This document shows, piece after piece, positions 13,843 to 27,000 of a stretch of DNA of 64,000 nucleotides (positions within the stretch are counted from its first letter, which is position 1; each line of letters starts with the position of its first letter). The translations under genes were made by a program, and so were the position numbers. The stretch is from Chrysomallon squamiferum (Eukaryota; Animalia; Mollusca), in contig CM022679.1 in assembly GCA_012295275.1 (NCBI GenBank), positions 23,746,001 through 23,810,000 of the forward strand. The letters run 5' to 3'. The notes beneath the pieces were generated by a model. It was not told the origin of the DNA and made no database searches. It saw nothing but the letters and a program-made list of their open reading frames with translations.

Positions 13843-16304
13843 TTAATAGCCTTCAGCAATCAGGTTTCTGATTGTTGTTTTCAGAGGATTGTAATTCTTA
13901 GCATTTCCTGCAGAAAGTTTGCCTGATTCAAATATCTGCCATCCTAAGCTGGAGCGAGACAGAGAACACATGATGACAGCTTGGCTGTTTCTGGCATGTG
14001 TGAAAGTTGTACTGCAGAGATCTTTATTCTTATTTGAAGCTTCGTAGAATTTTAGACTGGGGTTAGGATATCTTGCAATTGTTGGTGAATTCCAAGCACT
14101 GAGTGTGAAAAACAAATGTGTAACATTGGCAGGCAATTTCTTCAAGTATACGTGAATAGTGTGATGACCAATTCTTTGAATATCATTCATGACATCACCT
14201 GAATGAGTGACTGCTTTCATAATGAAATAATGTGTCTGGCTGTAATCAACAGTATAGAGGTAGTTTTGCCCATTAAAAAGAAGACAAGATGCATCTAAAT
14301 AATCACGCCTGCCGTGCATTGGGTAACCCCAGAAGAGATCAAAACCACATGGTCAAAAGCATCAGGAATGGCATACAATAAAACCACCAGATGAATTGTT
14401 TCATTAGGCTTTACACTGTAATCACTCAGTGTCATAATATGTCCACCATCTCCAAATACCTGAAATTAAATCATAATAATTATACCTTTGTTGGTCAACA
14501 TAAATTCTTTATATTTTGAAGTTATTATTTTTGGACGATGTATCATTGCTAATAACAAAGTTTGGCTATTAAATAATACTACTATTTATCCTATCAATGT
14601 GAAGTCATGATATCACATGCATGGTGAACTTGTAGGTATGTTTCTTCTGGTTTGGTGAAAAAAAACTTGCTTGAAGTAAATACAAAATCTCTAGGTTATT
14701 TATATATGTAATAATTATTTGATTTTAATATTTTGTTTTGAAACTGCACTTGTTTTAGGATATTCAAAAAAAAAAAAATACAAATGTTTATTCACAAATG
14801 TATATAAGAGAGTGTCCTTTTTAAAAAAAAAATTTAAATAAAAGAACCAAAGTACATTTACAGAGTATTATTTTGATTGTATATAATAATGGATACATGT
14901 AAACCAATATTATATTCAAATAATTCTACCTGTAGTTCTTTTTCATGATAAAGCAATTTTTGTTTTTGAACTTCATGTCCAAGTTTGGTCTTGATTTGTT
15001 CCTTCAGCTGTAATATTGTCATAGCTGGATTGAAGATAATGTTTGCACTGTCCCCAGTTAAGACTGAAACTCTTATAATATCATGAGCTGCTGAATCAGT
15101 GATACAGGGTGGTGTATACTCTGTTGTGTATTCAGTGAACATCTCTGCCAATGTTGCCTGAATGAGCTTTACTACATCACTGTTAAATGGTACAGGTTGA
15201 CCACATGAAGGATGTGGACATATTCCATTTTCTTCTGAGCTTGCTATCACACACTGAAAGAAAATGATAGTAGTAACTACCAATCTAATCTAAGCACATG
15301 GGTTTATATTTTTGTGTGTGGAAAAATTAGAGTTAAAAACTTCAACACTGATAAAAATGATTCCTTAATTAACATGTAATTCAAATAGCCATTTTATCTG
15401 CATATTTGTTTTATATTTACTTTAAATTTACCTGTCTCCAAATTGATGTCTCTTTTAAAATTCAAAGAATATTTATGATCATAAAGCAAGTTTTAACAGC
15501 CAGTAATTTTTTGTTTTATCCAGCCAATGTCTTAAACTGTTTCAAAGAGACATGCAGATTAGTTTGCAAATAATAGATGTTAATTCAAATCTTCTAAGTT
15601 CAGGTAATAATTATTTTAAAACACCAATTGCATAAACACTTCAATGAGATGTGTTTTTTCTCCATTTTTCATTGATGTATCCATAATAATTGAAAAATAT
15701 GAAATAAAAATAAAGAATGACTAGTGTACTATTAAAAACAACTTGCTGCACTGATCTCAAGATAAAAACACAAATTATACAAAAACCAGTTGCTTCCTTT
15801 TCAAGAACAAATGGATTTTTGATATAGTAATTAGCTTTGTATAAAGACAACAAGTTTTTCCTTTTGAATAATGGTGGCCATATCACCTGACTGTTAAAAC
15901 TTTCACCTGCATAAATACACATATTGCTTTGGCAATATATAACACATATCTGTAATGGCAAACCATTTTACAGAGTACATATTATGTAAGTGTGCATTAT
16001 TTGTGCCTCAGTTATGGATAAATTATAATTCAGCAGACAAAAAGTAGTCTGTGTTTCCAGCTTGATTCACTAATATATGTCACTGATGCACTGTAACTGA
16101 TATCAGATAAACACTTATCTGCTTCCATATAAGTATGGTTAAAATCATTTATATTGTAGTTTATAATTTCTGTCTGTATAACAATAAAATAAACAGAAAG
16201 CTTACCCTCATGCAGTAGAGCTGAGGATGTCTGCATTCCTTGGTGAGATCATCAGGATAAAATTCACGTCTTAGTTTATCTTGATTGCATTTTCTGCACC
16301 TCAT
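13843..16304 (-). CDS. RING finger + ubiquitin-like + TerD-domain fusion protein (~346 aa; one 1-nt frameshift)
   Basis: Exons 16304-16206 (ATG; MRCRKC...ECRHPQLYCMR), 15253-14930 (CVIA...CPHPSC...IIRVSVLTGD...TILQLKEQIKTKLGHEVQKQKLLY..ELQ), 14459-13843 (..TLSDYSVKPNETIHLVV..FDLFWGYP..DYLDASC..VTHSGD..HTIHVYLKKLPANVTHLFFTLS..AVIMCSLSR...WQI..EGY*). All junctions are phase 0 with GT-AG. One T is missing from a T run at 14341-14344. Confidence 0.85.
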
Positions 16305-16400
16305 TCTCAAGTCTTAATGTTTACTGCACTAATAAGAACATTATTTCTTTATAAGACCTCACTTATTATTAAAAATTACAAAAAGAAATCACTATAATGT

Positions 16401-17060
16401 ACAGGGTGGTGCAATAGTCTCTTACCATTTTAAAAAATAAATATAAATGATTTTGCTTCTTTCTTTCAGTGATATTTAATACAGGTTTGTGAGATTTACA
16501 CAACTGAGCTAAGACTGTTCGATGTTGGTTTGAAAACAACCATTCCATTTTGCTTAATCAAGACTCTTGTGAAAGTCTCTTGGTTTTAATTCTTGCATCA
16601 GCTCAATCTTATACAGGAAGAAATATAAATCCTTTGTTGTATACTGCAGTGACCTATGATAAATGCCTAAATGCATGGAATGTCTTAGAGTTGGTGTTCC
16701 TGGTTCTTTTGCAAGACTTTCACATAAATGTTCAGTAACGTGGTAGTCAATACCATGGCAAATAGTAAAGAAACTGTTCTCTTGAAAACACTGAATGGTA
16801 CTTCTGAGGGATGATCTTGAGGGACTACTTCTGACAGATATTAAATTGGCAGAAGTATGTTTTTATGTAAGCAAATGGAATGGTTGCTTTCGAAACAAAA
16901 TTGAAAAATCTTTGCTCATTTGTGTAAATCTCTATGATAATCTAACAAATGATTATTAAAAATGAAAGAAGAAAAAAAAAACAGATTCAAATTTTTTTTT
17001 AAATGTTAATAACAGTAATAATATTTGTTAAAATGGTAATTAAATGACTATTACATTTTT
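16401..17060. mobile_element. Degenerate Tc1/mariner-type element with long inverted arms
   Basis: Begins ta|cagggtggtgcaatagtc..ttaccatttt. The 16400-16560 arm is mirrored at 16865-17060: gagatttacacaactgagc vs gctcatttgtgtaaatctc; aaacaaccattccattttgctta vs taagcaaatggaatggttgcttt; aaaatggtaa..gactattaca. Confidence 0.65.
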
Positions 17061-17279
17061 ATATTTCTGTGAAAAGAACTTCATTATGAATACAGTACCA
17101 CAAATGCTGTGGAAGGAGAAGTTAAATAAAAATAAGTTTATTGTATTGGTCATATGGATATATGTATTTGCATAAATCAATAGAATCAAAACAACAAAAT
17201 GTAGAAAAAAAAGTTTCAGTAAAAGTTACAAGGACCAGAAATGCGGGTTAAGCAAAATGTACAAACCTTTCAAATAGTA

Positions 17280-18681
17280 TACAAATATTCAGTAAAAAAA
17301 AAATCGAAATTACATTTAGTTTCATTTTAGTTTCTAGTCCCTATCAATTTCTAAGAATTACTTTCAGTTTTAATTCTTCGTAAATAAGTGAACGCCTTTC
17401 GAGTGTACCACTATTGTTTAGGTGTTCAGTGGTATAAATTAATCATGGCAACTGTTACCGTATAGAAATATGTCATAGTTTTTGATTGCGACAGTCAATA
17501 CTGTCTAATGAATATTAGTGTGCCCAGTGTGTATAATTATAGATTTATTTTATTTCATTTAAACACTGATTAAAACAATGTTTCCCCTAACTTTATGATG
17601 GACTAACCCAGTAAATTATAAAGCTCATACAAGTTTGTTCGCTGGGCTAGGTTACTAATTGGTTTCATGCGTTGCGTAAGTATTTTAAACATATTACTAT
17701 AGTTAAGGTAATTATTTAAAAATAAATAAATTAATAATAATAATAATAATTTTTATCCAAAAAACACTGAAATAAAGAAGTTGTATTTTCATAATACTAC
17801 TGATATTGTTTGTTATCGCCCATGCTATTTCAACACAGTTAAGTGAATAAAGTGAGACTGACGGAAAATCTAATTTACACTGTTGAAGAAAGCTGACAAC
17901 AAATATACTAGGTCTAACTTTTTCAAACAGCTATTTATATTTATTGATATTCTGTCTGTACCAATATTTTTAATTGATTTCGTTTTGTCCCGATTCATTT
18001 TAATTTTTGGCAATCACTTCGACAGGTGTGTCTATATCATTATGTCACGAGGCCTGAATATTTCGCAGAATAATACTTATGAAATGTTTTCGTCGTCAAC
18101 TGCATCCATTTGTCATTACATATATATTTTCCAAACTGACTGACGCATTATTTATCGATTTATTGATAAGCTGCAAGGCCTAGATCATACATGATACAGA
18201 TGTAAACTGCAGGTTTACCAAATTTTTTATTATTAGTAACTCACCATAAAGCGATTTTAACAACAAAAGGATACAAATATTGTTTTTACTTACGAACAAA
18301 ACTTGCAAATTTACTCGAATATAAATAACAGATCACAAAAGTGCACCTACTTTCATTTTAGTTTCTGTTCCGATCAGTTTCTAAGAACTACTTCCATTAT
18401 AATTTCTTGGTAAACTGAGTCTACGCCTCTTATTGTTGTTTATCAGTACTGTTCAGTAAATAATGTCTTCTCTGACATTATAATGGATTAAATACGAAAG
18501 TTACAAAAATCACACAAGTCAGTTCGCTGGTTTAGCTGACTATACTGAAAAACTACTGAGATAAAGGTGCTATGTTTTATACGTACAAGTCCGTTTGCTG
18601 CTAAGATCACTGTTTTTTTGCATTGCGTAAGTAATTTTAAAAGGACATTATTTTAGTTGACGTAATTATTAAAAAACAAAA

Positions 18682-18713
<32 letters not shown>

Positions 18714-20230
18714 AAAAAATAAAATAAATAAATAAAATATGTAATTGAGATAAAGGTGTTAAACTTTCTTATTACTGTTGAAATAAGTTGATCCCGGTCA
18801 GGCTGTTTTAACATATATGTCTGACGCAAGATTGATGTAAATCAGATTTCAGGAAGTCACTGTACATTTTACACCGGTAACCTCAACATAATTTTAATAA
18901 AACTCAATAATCTTATAATTTAAATAAAACGGAATTGAGAGATAATCCATGCTATTTATGAGAATGGGAATTGTATCAGATTTTTTTTAATAGATAAGTA
19001 AATGACATTCAAGATTCACTGAAAATGTAATCCTGAAATTTCTTAATTATTATTTTTTCAAATTAATAATTTATTTATTTATTATCCTTGATTATTAGTC
19101 AATATATATATATGTGTATATACCTACAATGATAAGGTAGATAGATTAGCTGAGGCAATAAATATATAATATTTTGAACTAATTAACTAAATTTATTGAT
19201 AATCTGTTCATATCAGATTTATTAATTCCTTTTGATGAAAGTGCTTAGGCAGGTAGTTACTGGTTTCTGTGAATATATTGTTGATGACTAGACACTTTTA
19301 TACCAATTCATTTTACTATAAGTTCTCAAGTATTTTGCCTGGCAAACACCACAAAGTCTGCTTAATTCACAGAATAATACATTCTTCAGCAGATGCAGTA
19401 TGTCTTAAGCATATATTTTCCAAACTGACTGACTGACATATTATTTATTGATTTATTGATGATTTGCAAGGTTTAGAAATAAACAGCAGTTTTACCAAAT
19501 TTTTATCACCATACGGCTATTTTAATACCAAAAAGATAAAATATTAATTTTCTTATGAAATTTTATTTTATTTAAATTTTTTTTAAAACACACAAATATG
19601 AATTTTTGAAAATAACAGATTGCAAAACTACACCTACTTTCATTCTAGTTTCTGTTCTGATCAGTTTCTAAGAACTACTTTCCATTTTAATTTCTTGATA
19701 AAATGAATCAGTGACTTTTGACCGTTCTATTGTTTGTGTATTCAAGGCTGTAAATTAATCAGACCACTGTGAACACAGAGCCACTTTTTATGATCTATAA
19801 AGGCTGTATTGGCCCTATAAATATTACATATGTTAATATGAACAATTAAAGATTTATTTTATTTTACTTAAATACTAATTAAAATAATGCCTCCCCTAAC
19901 TTTATAATAGACAAACCAAATAGACTAAAAACTTTAACACCAGTCTATTCCCTGGTTTAGGCTGCTAATTTGTTTAAAGTGCTGTGTAAATATTTTAAAT
20001 ATTTATATAACTTAGTGTAATTATATGCATAAAAAAAAAAAATAATAATAAAAAAAAATAATAATTCTGGTTTGTTATTATCAAAGAACAATAATATTAA
20101 AAAAAAAATAAGAAGAAGAAGAAGAAAGAAAAAATATTTTTTTTTAAAGATCAAGAAAATCATTGAATAATACTACTGAAATAGATTCATCTCACACTGG
20201 AGATTTCCCCACAAGCAAGATTGATATGTA
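17280..20230. repeat. Degenerate tandem triplication (~1.0-1.3 kb unit) between the divergent genes
   Basis: Block ttcatt(t/c)tagtttct...atca.tttctaagaa.tactt at ~17321, ~18351 and ~19639. ttttccaaactgactgac at ~18127 and ~19416. ttgcgtaagta at ~17672 and ~18623. cccctaactttat at ~17584 and ~19893. Confidence 0.85.
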
Positions 20231-20241
20231 AATTTGATTTA

Positions 20242-20283
<42 letters not shown>

Positions 20284-21089
20284 TGATTTATTGTATATGT
20301 TAACAATGATAATAAATATATTAGACTTTCAAATAATAATTTATACTTGTTGAAATTATGTTTGCATTAATATTAATTCAATTCGATGACAGTGCCCAAG
20401 CAGGTAATTATTGTTTTGGGTTCTGAGAAGATACCATTGATGACATACAATTATATATCACTTTATGAAAGAAAAATAACAGTTCAGGAATATTCTGAAT
20501 CAGTTCCTCTGACTAAAAACACTATTAATATGGGCACATCACAGCTGGATCAAAGTTATATATTATGCAGTTTTTTCAAATGAAAATCATTTATTAAAAT
20601 TGTAATGATTTAAAAAAAAAAAAAAGATAAAAAAAGAAGTTGTTTTTATTGCCTTGACAAACTTTTATTGAATTCCAAAAAAGGTCATTTGCATTAAATA
20701 ATTTTTTTTATTCTTTATTTATTTATTTACTTATTTATTATTATTATTATTTTTATTGTTATTATTATTATTATTTTGTCTGTGTTTATTGATAAAATAA
20801 AGCAGCTTCCCTTTCAAAGTTAATTAAAAACATTTAACAATGAAAAGAAATACAGCATCAAATTATATTGTAAATATTTAGAACTTGTACAGTAATAATT
20901 ATGCACGTGTAATTTTGTTCAGATTTGTATTTATTTTTTGACTGCATGGAAAATGTATAATACATAGCCAGATCTTTATTTGTTTATTATTATTTTTGTT
21001 ATTATTTTATTTATTAAATTTTTTTTACAGATGAAATTCATATAACAATCCAGATCAAACAATGACTTAATTTAGGATTATTATTCACA

Positions 21090-24000
21090 ATGGCTGAAGC
21101 AAGTAGTGGACAGGCATTTGGTAAGTTATGATATACAGTGGAAAAAATAATAATGATTTCACTCACAAAATCATAATCATTTTGGATCTGCTAATATTCA
21201 TTTATCATAAGATTTAGAGACTGAAAGTCCAGGTAATAAGTGAGAATGTGTAAATATTTGGTAAAGCTGGCTTTTTTTCATTTTCCAACATTAATAATCA
21301 GAAACAATAATTTAATACATATCACACATTTGTTCCTGGTGTGTGTATGAGTATATATATATATATATATAATCTTCAAGCTTTTATTAAATTTTTCTAT
21401 TATTTTTAGACTAATTTTATTTACAAATACATTTTTGTCTTTAGTTAACAGTTTGTACTGTATAATAGTCATCTAATTCAACATTAATAAAAAATGAGAT
21501 TTTATTGTTTTTTCTAATTACTGGACATTTTTTCAGAGTTTGAGATCAGTCTTGATCCATGTATTGTACATGAAGATGGCGATGAAGAAAATATAGAAGA
21601 TTATAAAGTGGTTTATGAATTAGTGAAGGAATTTCAATTTCTTAAAAATTGCTTTAGAAGTTTCAACTTCGTCAACATTGTCAGAGTTTCTCCTGATTTG
21701 AAAATTACTCTATCTGTATTGTCTTTAAAACATTTTACTGAACTTCTTAAAGAAATTAAGAATGGGAATCTGTCAAAAACAATTACAGATGTTGCAGTTA
21801 GTCAAGGAATTGAAGTAACTATTGGTGTATTTTCTCACACTAAACAGACATCTCATTTGCAACTGGCTGTATCTTTATGTGACGAAAAAAGAACAGAGAG
21901 AAAGGCCAAATCTCATTTTAAACCATCAAGGTAAGTAAGCTTAAGAACAAATAAAAATTTAACTGATTCAATTGTAAAAAAAATAAAAGAGCACAAGTTT
22001 ATGTAGATGAATGTATGTGACTAATAATTTTTTTTTTTTGTATATCTCATACATAAATATTTCAATTAAGTTATTAGTTTCCACATGAGTAGAAAAAATT
22101 GTCATATATCTGTAATTTGAATGTTTCAATTACTGATAAAAAAAAGAGTCCACTCAATGCAAAAAAAAGAAAAGAAAATCTGGTTACAAGAGGAAAAAAA
22201 GTACAGTATGCCAAAAAACAGATTAAGACCATTTACTGGTTGAGAAAAGAAAACTAACAAACTACAACTAAATAAAAAAAGCTAGTTTAGAATAAAGTGC
22301 TGTATTGCTCATTCAACAGTTTTCTTATTCAAAGTCTAATATTTTTTTTATACTGATTAACAGAATGGCTTATATAGATGTAACCATTGTTTTATATTTT
22401 ATTTGAAAATAAATTTAACCACTACCTTTGCAATTTATATGATTGTTGTTGTTTTTGTTTTTTTCTATTTATTTATTTACTATCATTATTATCATTTTTA
22501 TTTGTATCATATTATTATTATTATTATTATTATTATTTTGTTTCTGTTTGTTAAAGTGATTCTATATAATTTTTTGATAAATTTAAAAAAAATGTTTTTA
22601 TATAATTGTACTGCTGAAATTCTGTTCAAGATTTTGTATGCATAAGAAATACAGAGAATTCTGGACATATTTTTATTGCACTAGCATGTTATGAACTACT
22701 TCCAACTAGAAAACTGTAATTTCTAATCCTAAGACCATTTTAATATTAGAACAAAAAAATAATAATTATGCATAATGTATTATTTTTGGTGAAAGCTTCA
22801 GTATGTTGTTTCTACATCTTCTTGTCTTCTGCTGTCCGCTGCCAGTTTGTTCCTGTCCATTGTCTCACATATCTTCCTTTATGTTACTACCTGTTATATG
22901 TCCATCAACTGCCTTGTTTTCCTACTGATGTACCTTGCCAGTCTGTGATCTTTGTTTTCTCTCTTAACTGGATGTTTGTGTTTTGGTCTGACTTTGTTTA
23001 TGTGGCTGCTTATCTCTTCTTTGCCTCATTATTTAATGCCCATGCATCACTGCTAGAAATACACATTGTAAACTTGTCACTTCAACGATTTCCTTGAATA
23101 TGTCCTGATACTTTGCAAAAGCAGTCCAGCTAGCCTTGTTCTTTTCATTAAATTAATATTGTTTAAATTATTTTCTTCTGATTGGTAAAAAAAATTAAAA
23201 TAAAATAAAATGAATGAATGAATGAATGAATAAGTAAGTAAGTAAACAAATAAGTAAATAAATGACAAAATAAAATTAATATTTTCAATAAAATGATGCA
23301 TATTAAATTCATTAATATTTTGATATTAATATTCATCATTACTATTTTCAGCCGATATTATAATTAAAATGTATAGCTTATGAATTAGCTAATGTTGTAT
23401 ATTGTATTTCTAATTGCAAAAATATATGGATTTCACTGACATCATGACATCTTTCTAGGCCTGAAACAAAGGAAACAGCAGAATTGTCAAAAGCCAAAGA
23501 CAAAACTAGGACACAGTGCACAGCAGAATTTGTAAGTGGTATTTTTATTATTTCTTAGACAAGTACTATTATTCTGTGAGACCGCATAAAAATATTATTA
23601 TTCAGCTGCCAAAAATAAATAAACAGGAATTTAAATGGCTCATTTTTGATTTTGTTGTACTGAAACATTTCAAATAGTATCTTACTGTACTGAAGAAATA
23701 AATTGAAGATTTTTATCAACAAAGTTTGATCTCTAATTAAGTAGAAATGAACTGATAAAGAATGAAAATGTTTCACTTAAAAATAACAGTAATATTCTTA
23801 TATTTAGTTAAGGCATTTGTATTTTGGTAAACATTAAATGATAGTAATACATTTTCTTTGTTTTTTTGTTTTTCTATCAGGGTACACAATGTTTGAAGTC
23901 ATCTGAAGAAAAAACACATTCTGCTTCAACAGCAGTTATTTGTAAGCAGTTTCGTGAAGGAACAGAAGTAGATAAAAAGAATCATGACCAAGGCAATTTA

Positions 24001-27000
24001 CAAAGTGAAAGAAAAACTGATGACAAAGAGATTCAGGTATGTATTAAGTTTTATTCTGCTTGATGTGATATAAGACATAGGGAAATAATTTTCAGTGACA
24101 AGGACAGGCCACAAGTAGAACAGATTATATGATTATGATAGTATCAGTGAACATTAGGAACATATTTTCTTATTTTGTATTAAATAATCAGAGGATACAT
24201 TTAAATTTGTTTTTATTGTAAAGCTAGTTTAACTACAAATATCTCTGTTAACATAGCCAAAAAAAAGAAAGTCTATAAAAAAAATAATAACATAATAAAA
24301 TAAATGACTGAATTACCTAAATAAATTGGAAGATATGTACAAATACTATTAAAATGAATTTTTAATTTTAATTTCAATTTTTTATTTCAGTTAGTTGCCC
24401 GATATCTTTAGATAACAGTTACTAAAAATAATTAACATGATGAATGTTATGCAAAACTGGTAAAGGTTCATTATTTATAAATGATTTAACATTAACAATT
24501 GTATGAATTCTTGAAAATATGTATTAAATTTCAATCATTGTTTTGATAATACATTTTATAACCTCAACATATTTTCTTGTTTTCAGTCTTTAAGTTTTCA
24601 GATAGTTCTGCATATCCCTGTTGACAAATCTTTGCTGAATTCATATGTATATATTGAATTAAGAACTGAAAAAATCTACATAGGTTGGAAACACTTGTAT
24701 AACATTTGTGAAGAAATATGGATGAGCTCTATATTGTCTGTTCCTCCTGATACAGAAACATTGGAATATCGATGTGAATTTGACATAACCACTGGAAGAA
24801 TTTTCAAAACAGTTAAAAAATATATGGATTATAAATGGAAACAGGTAAAAATTAAACCAGTGATTCGAGACTTCTTTGTTCCTTTAGAAACAGACACAGT
24901 TGAAAAGGGAATTAGTCATCATCTTAAGCATCTGTTAACAACCTTTAACAGCAACTTTTTAAAAGATACAATAATGGATATTGATGATGTTATTATGTGT
25001 GCAAATAAATATAAGACATACAAAGCAATAAATTATAAAACAGTTGTTTTGCATACTGAAAGATACATTCTAGAAAATCAACTTGAAATACAGGAAACAT
25101 ACATTATTTTGGGTTATATCTGTGGTCTGCTGCTTGGTGGTCATGAAACAACGAAAATTTTATCAAAACAAACATGTCTAGAAATACTTAAAACTTTGAA
25201 GACACTTCCATGCACAGCTCTACCTGTAGGTTCACTGAAATATTTTGAAAATATTGCCGAAGACCTGTGCTCTAAAGCATTTCCTGATCAGCCAAGTATA
25301 GTGCAACTGTTTGAATTTTGTTATCCTGCAGTTACATCTTCTTATATGATACAAAAATGTAACAAATCCAAAAAACCTCAATTTGTGTGCAGTATGGAAA
25401 CATGTGAATCTATCTGCCATAAAATTATCAGTCAGAGAGAATCAGGAGATAAAGATGCAATGTTGCTCCTACACACCTTTTTAAAACACTCACCCATTGA
25501 TTGCAGTATTTATGCAGCACAAAACTTGGATTTGTTAAATCAGACTGAATTTGTTAACTGTTTCAGATCACGATTTGAAGATGAATGTAATGTGTATGCC
25601 AGAACTAAGAATTTTGCAGCCTTGCACAAGCTTGTTTGTGATTTATCTTCAACACATGAAGATATTGTATTGATACTCTCAGAAATATTAACAAAAACAA
25701 TGATTAGCATGGTAAAGTCATTGAATAAATCTGACACTGCTGAGTATCCTGAAATAGAGAAGTTAATGGATTGTCACATTCTTTTCAAATCAAACAAATC
25801 TTTTGACAGACTTTGTGCAGTCATGGCTGAATCAGATAACAAGTTTATACATATTTTTTTTTTGAAAATGCTTGATTCAGAACAAATGACTGATGTAAGC
25901 AGTACTTCCCTGTTCAATTATGTAAAGACATGGTTTGAGACAGCAGTCAACCATCACTGCAGTGAGAAACGATATAAAGATGTATGTGATGACCTCCCAC
26001 TGGTCTATAAGCATCTAAATAACCTGCTGAAAACAACATCAGTTTCAAGGCAGGAAATACTTATAAATGAATTGAAAGAAAAAACATTTCTATTTCTTAA
26101 AAAAATTCCACTAAATAAATTAATGCAGGGAGTTTGTGATTCAGAGATTCTTGACAATATTGAGTTAACAGATCTATTTAGTGAACATTTAATTAGGAAG
26201 TTATCAAGCTCAGATGGAAAGGAGTGTATTCTCTCCACCATTGGAACATTTTCAAAACAAAAAGCTTTTGACGCCTCAAGGTATGCTTAATATTTACTTT
26301 TTAAAAATATTTTGCAGTTATTCCACTTTTAATCTGAATAATTTTATCCTTGGTCTACATGTCTTTTAGCAACATAGATAAAAATATTTTACTTCATCAT
26401 TATTTTCAAAGATTTTATATATATTGAAAGAAAATCAAAATTGTAATAAAAAACAACAGAATTTACAAAATAACAGTTCCTATGAATTTTACTTCTGTTA
26501 CATATAAATGTTTTTATTTGCCATTGATGACCTTTTTCATTAACTAAGAATTTGGTAAAAATAATTCAATAAATTTATATTTTTATTTGAACTATCACGA
26601 AATAACTGCATACTGAAGTAAAATAAAATTTATAAATAAAATACATTTCAATGCTTTTATTATTTATTTGATCAGCACATCACGTATAATGAATATATGT
26701 GACACCAGTTTTATATGCCCAGGCACTGATAATGCAACATTCTTGGTTTCACTGAAATCAATTGGTTTCAAAGTTTTTCAAAATTCATTTTGTTAGTTAT
26801 TGAAGACATTTGGAACTGAAAGGGCAAATATGAATTTTCATCACTGAGGTGATGATTATTATTATTCAATAAATTTAATATTGACAAATGTCAGTGAGAC
26901 TGTCTGGTATCACAGATAACATAAGACTGAATTGCTGGCCTGATATCCATCAGGCTTGCTTGTTGCTGTTAACATTTTGTGATTCCACTTGGCTGCTTCA

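Noticed and set aside
13843-14459. Bacterial contamination or a ter operon
   Set aside because: TerD is fused in one exon to the end of a Ubl and spliced to RING exons through canonical introns. No other ter genes are present.
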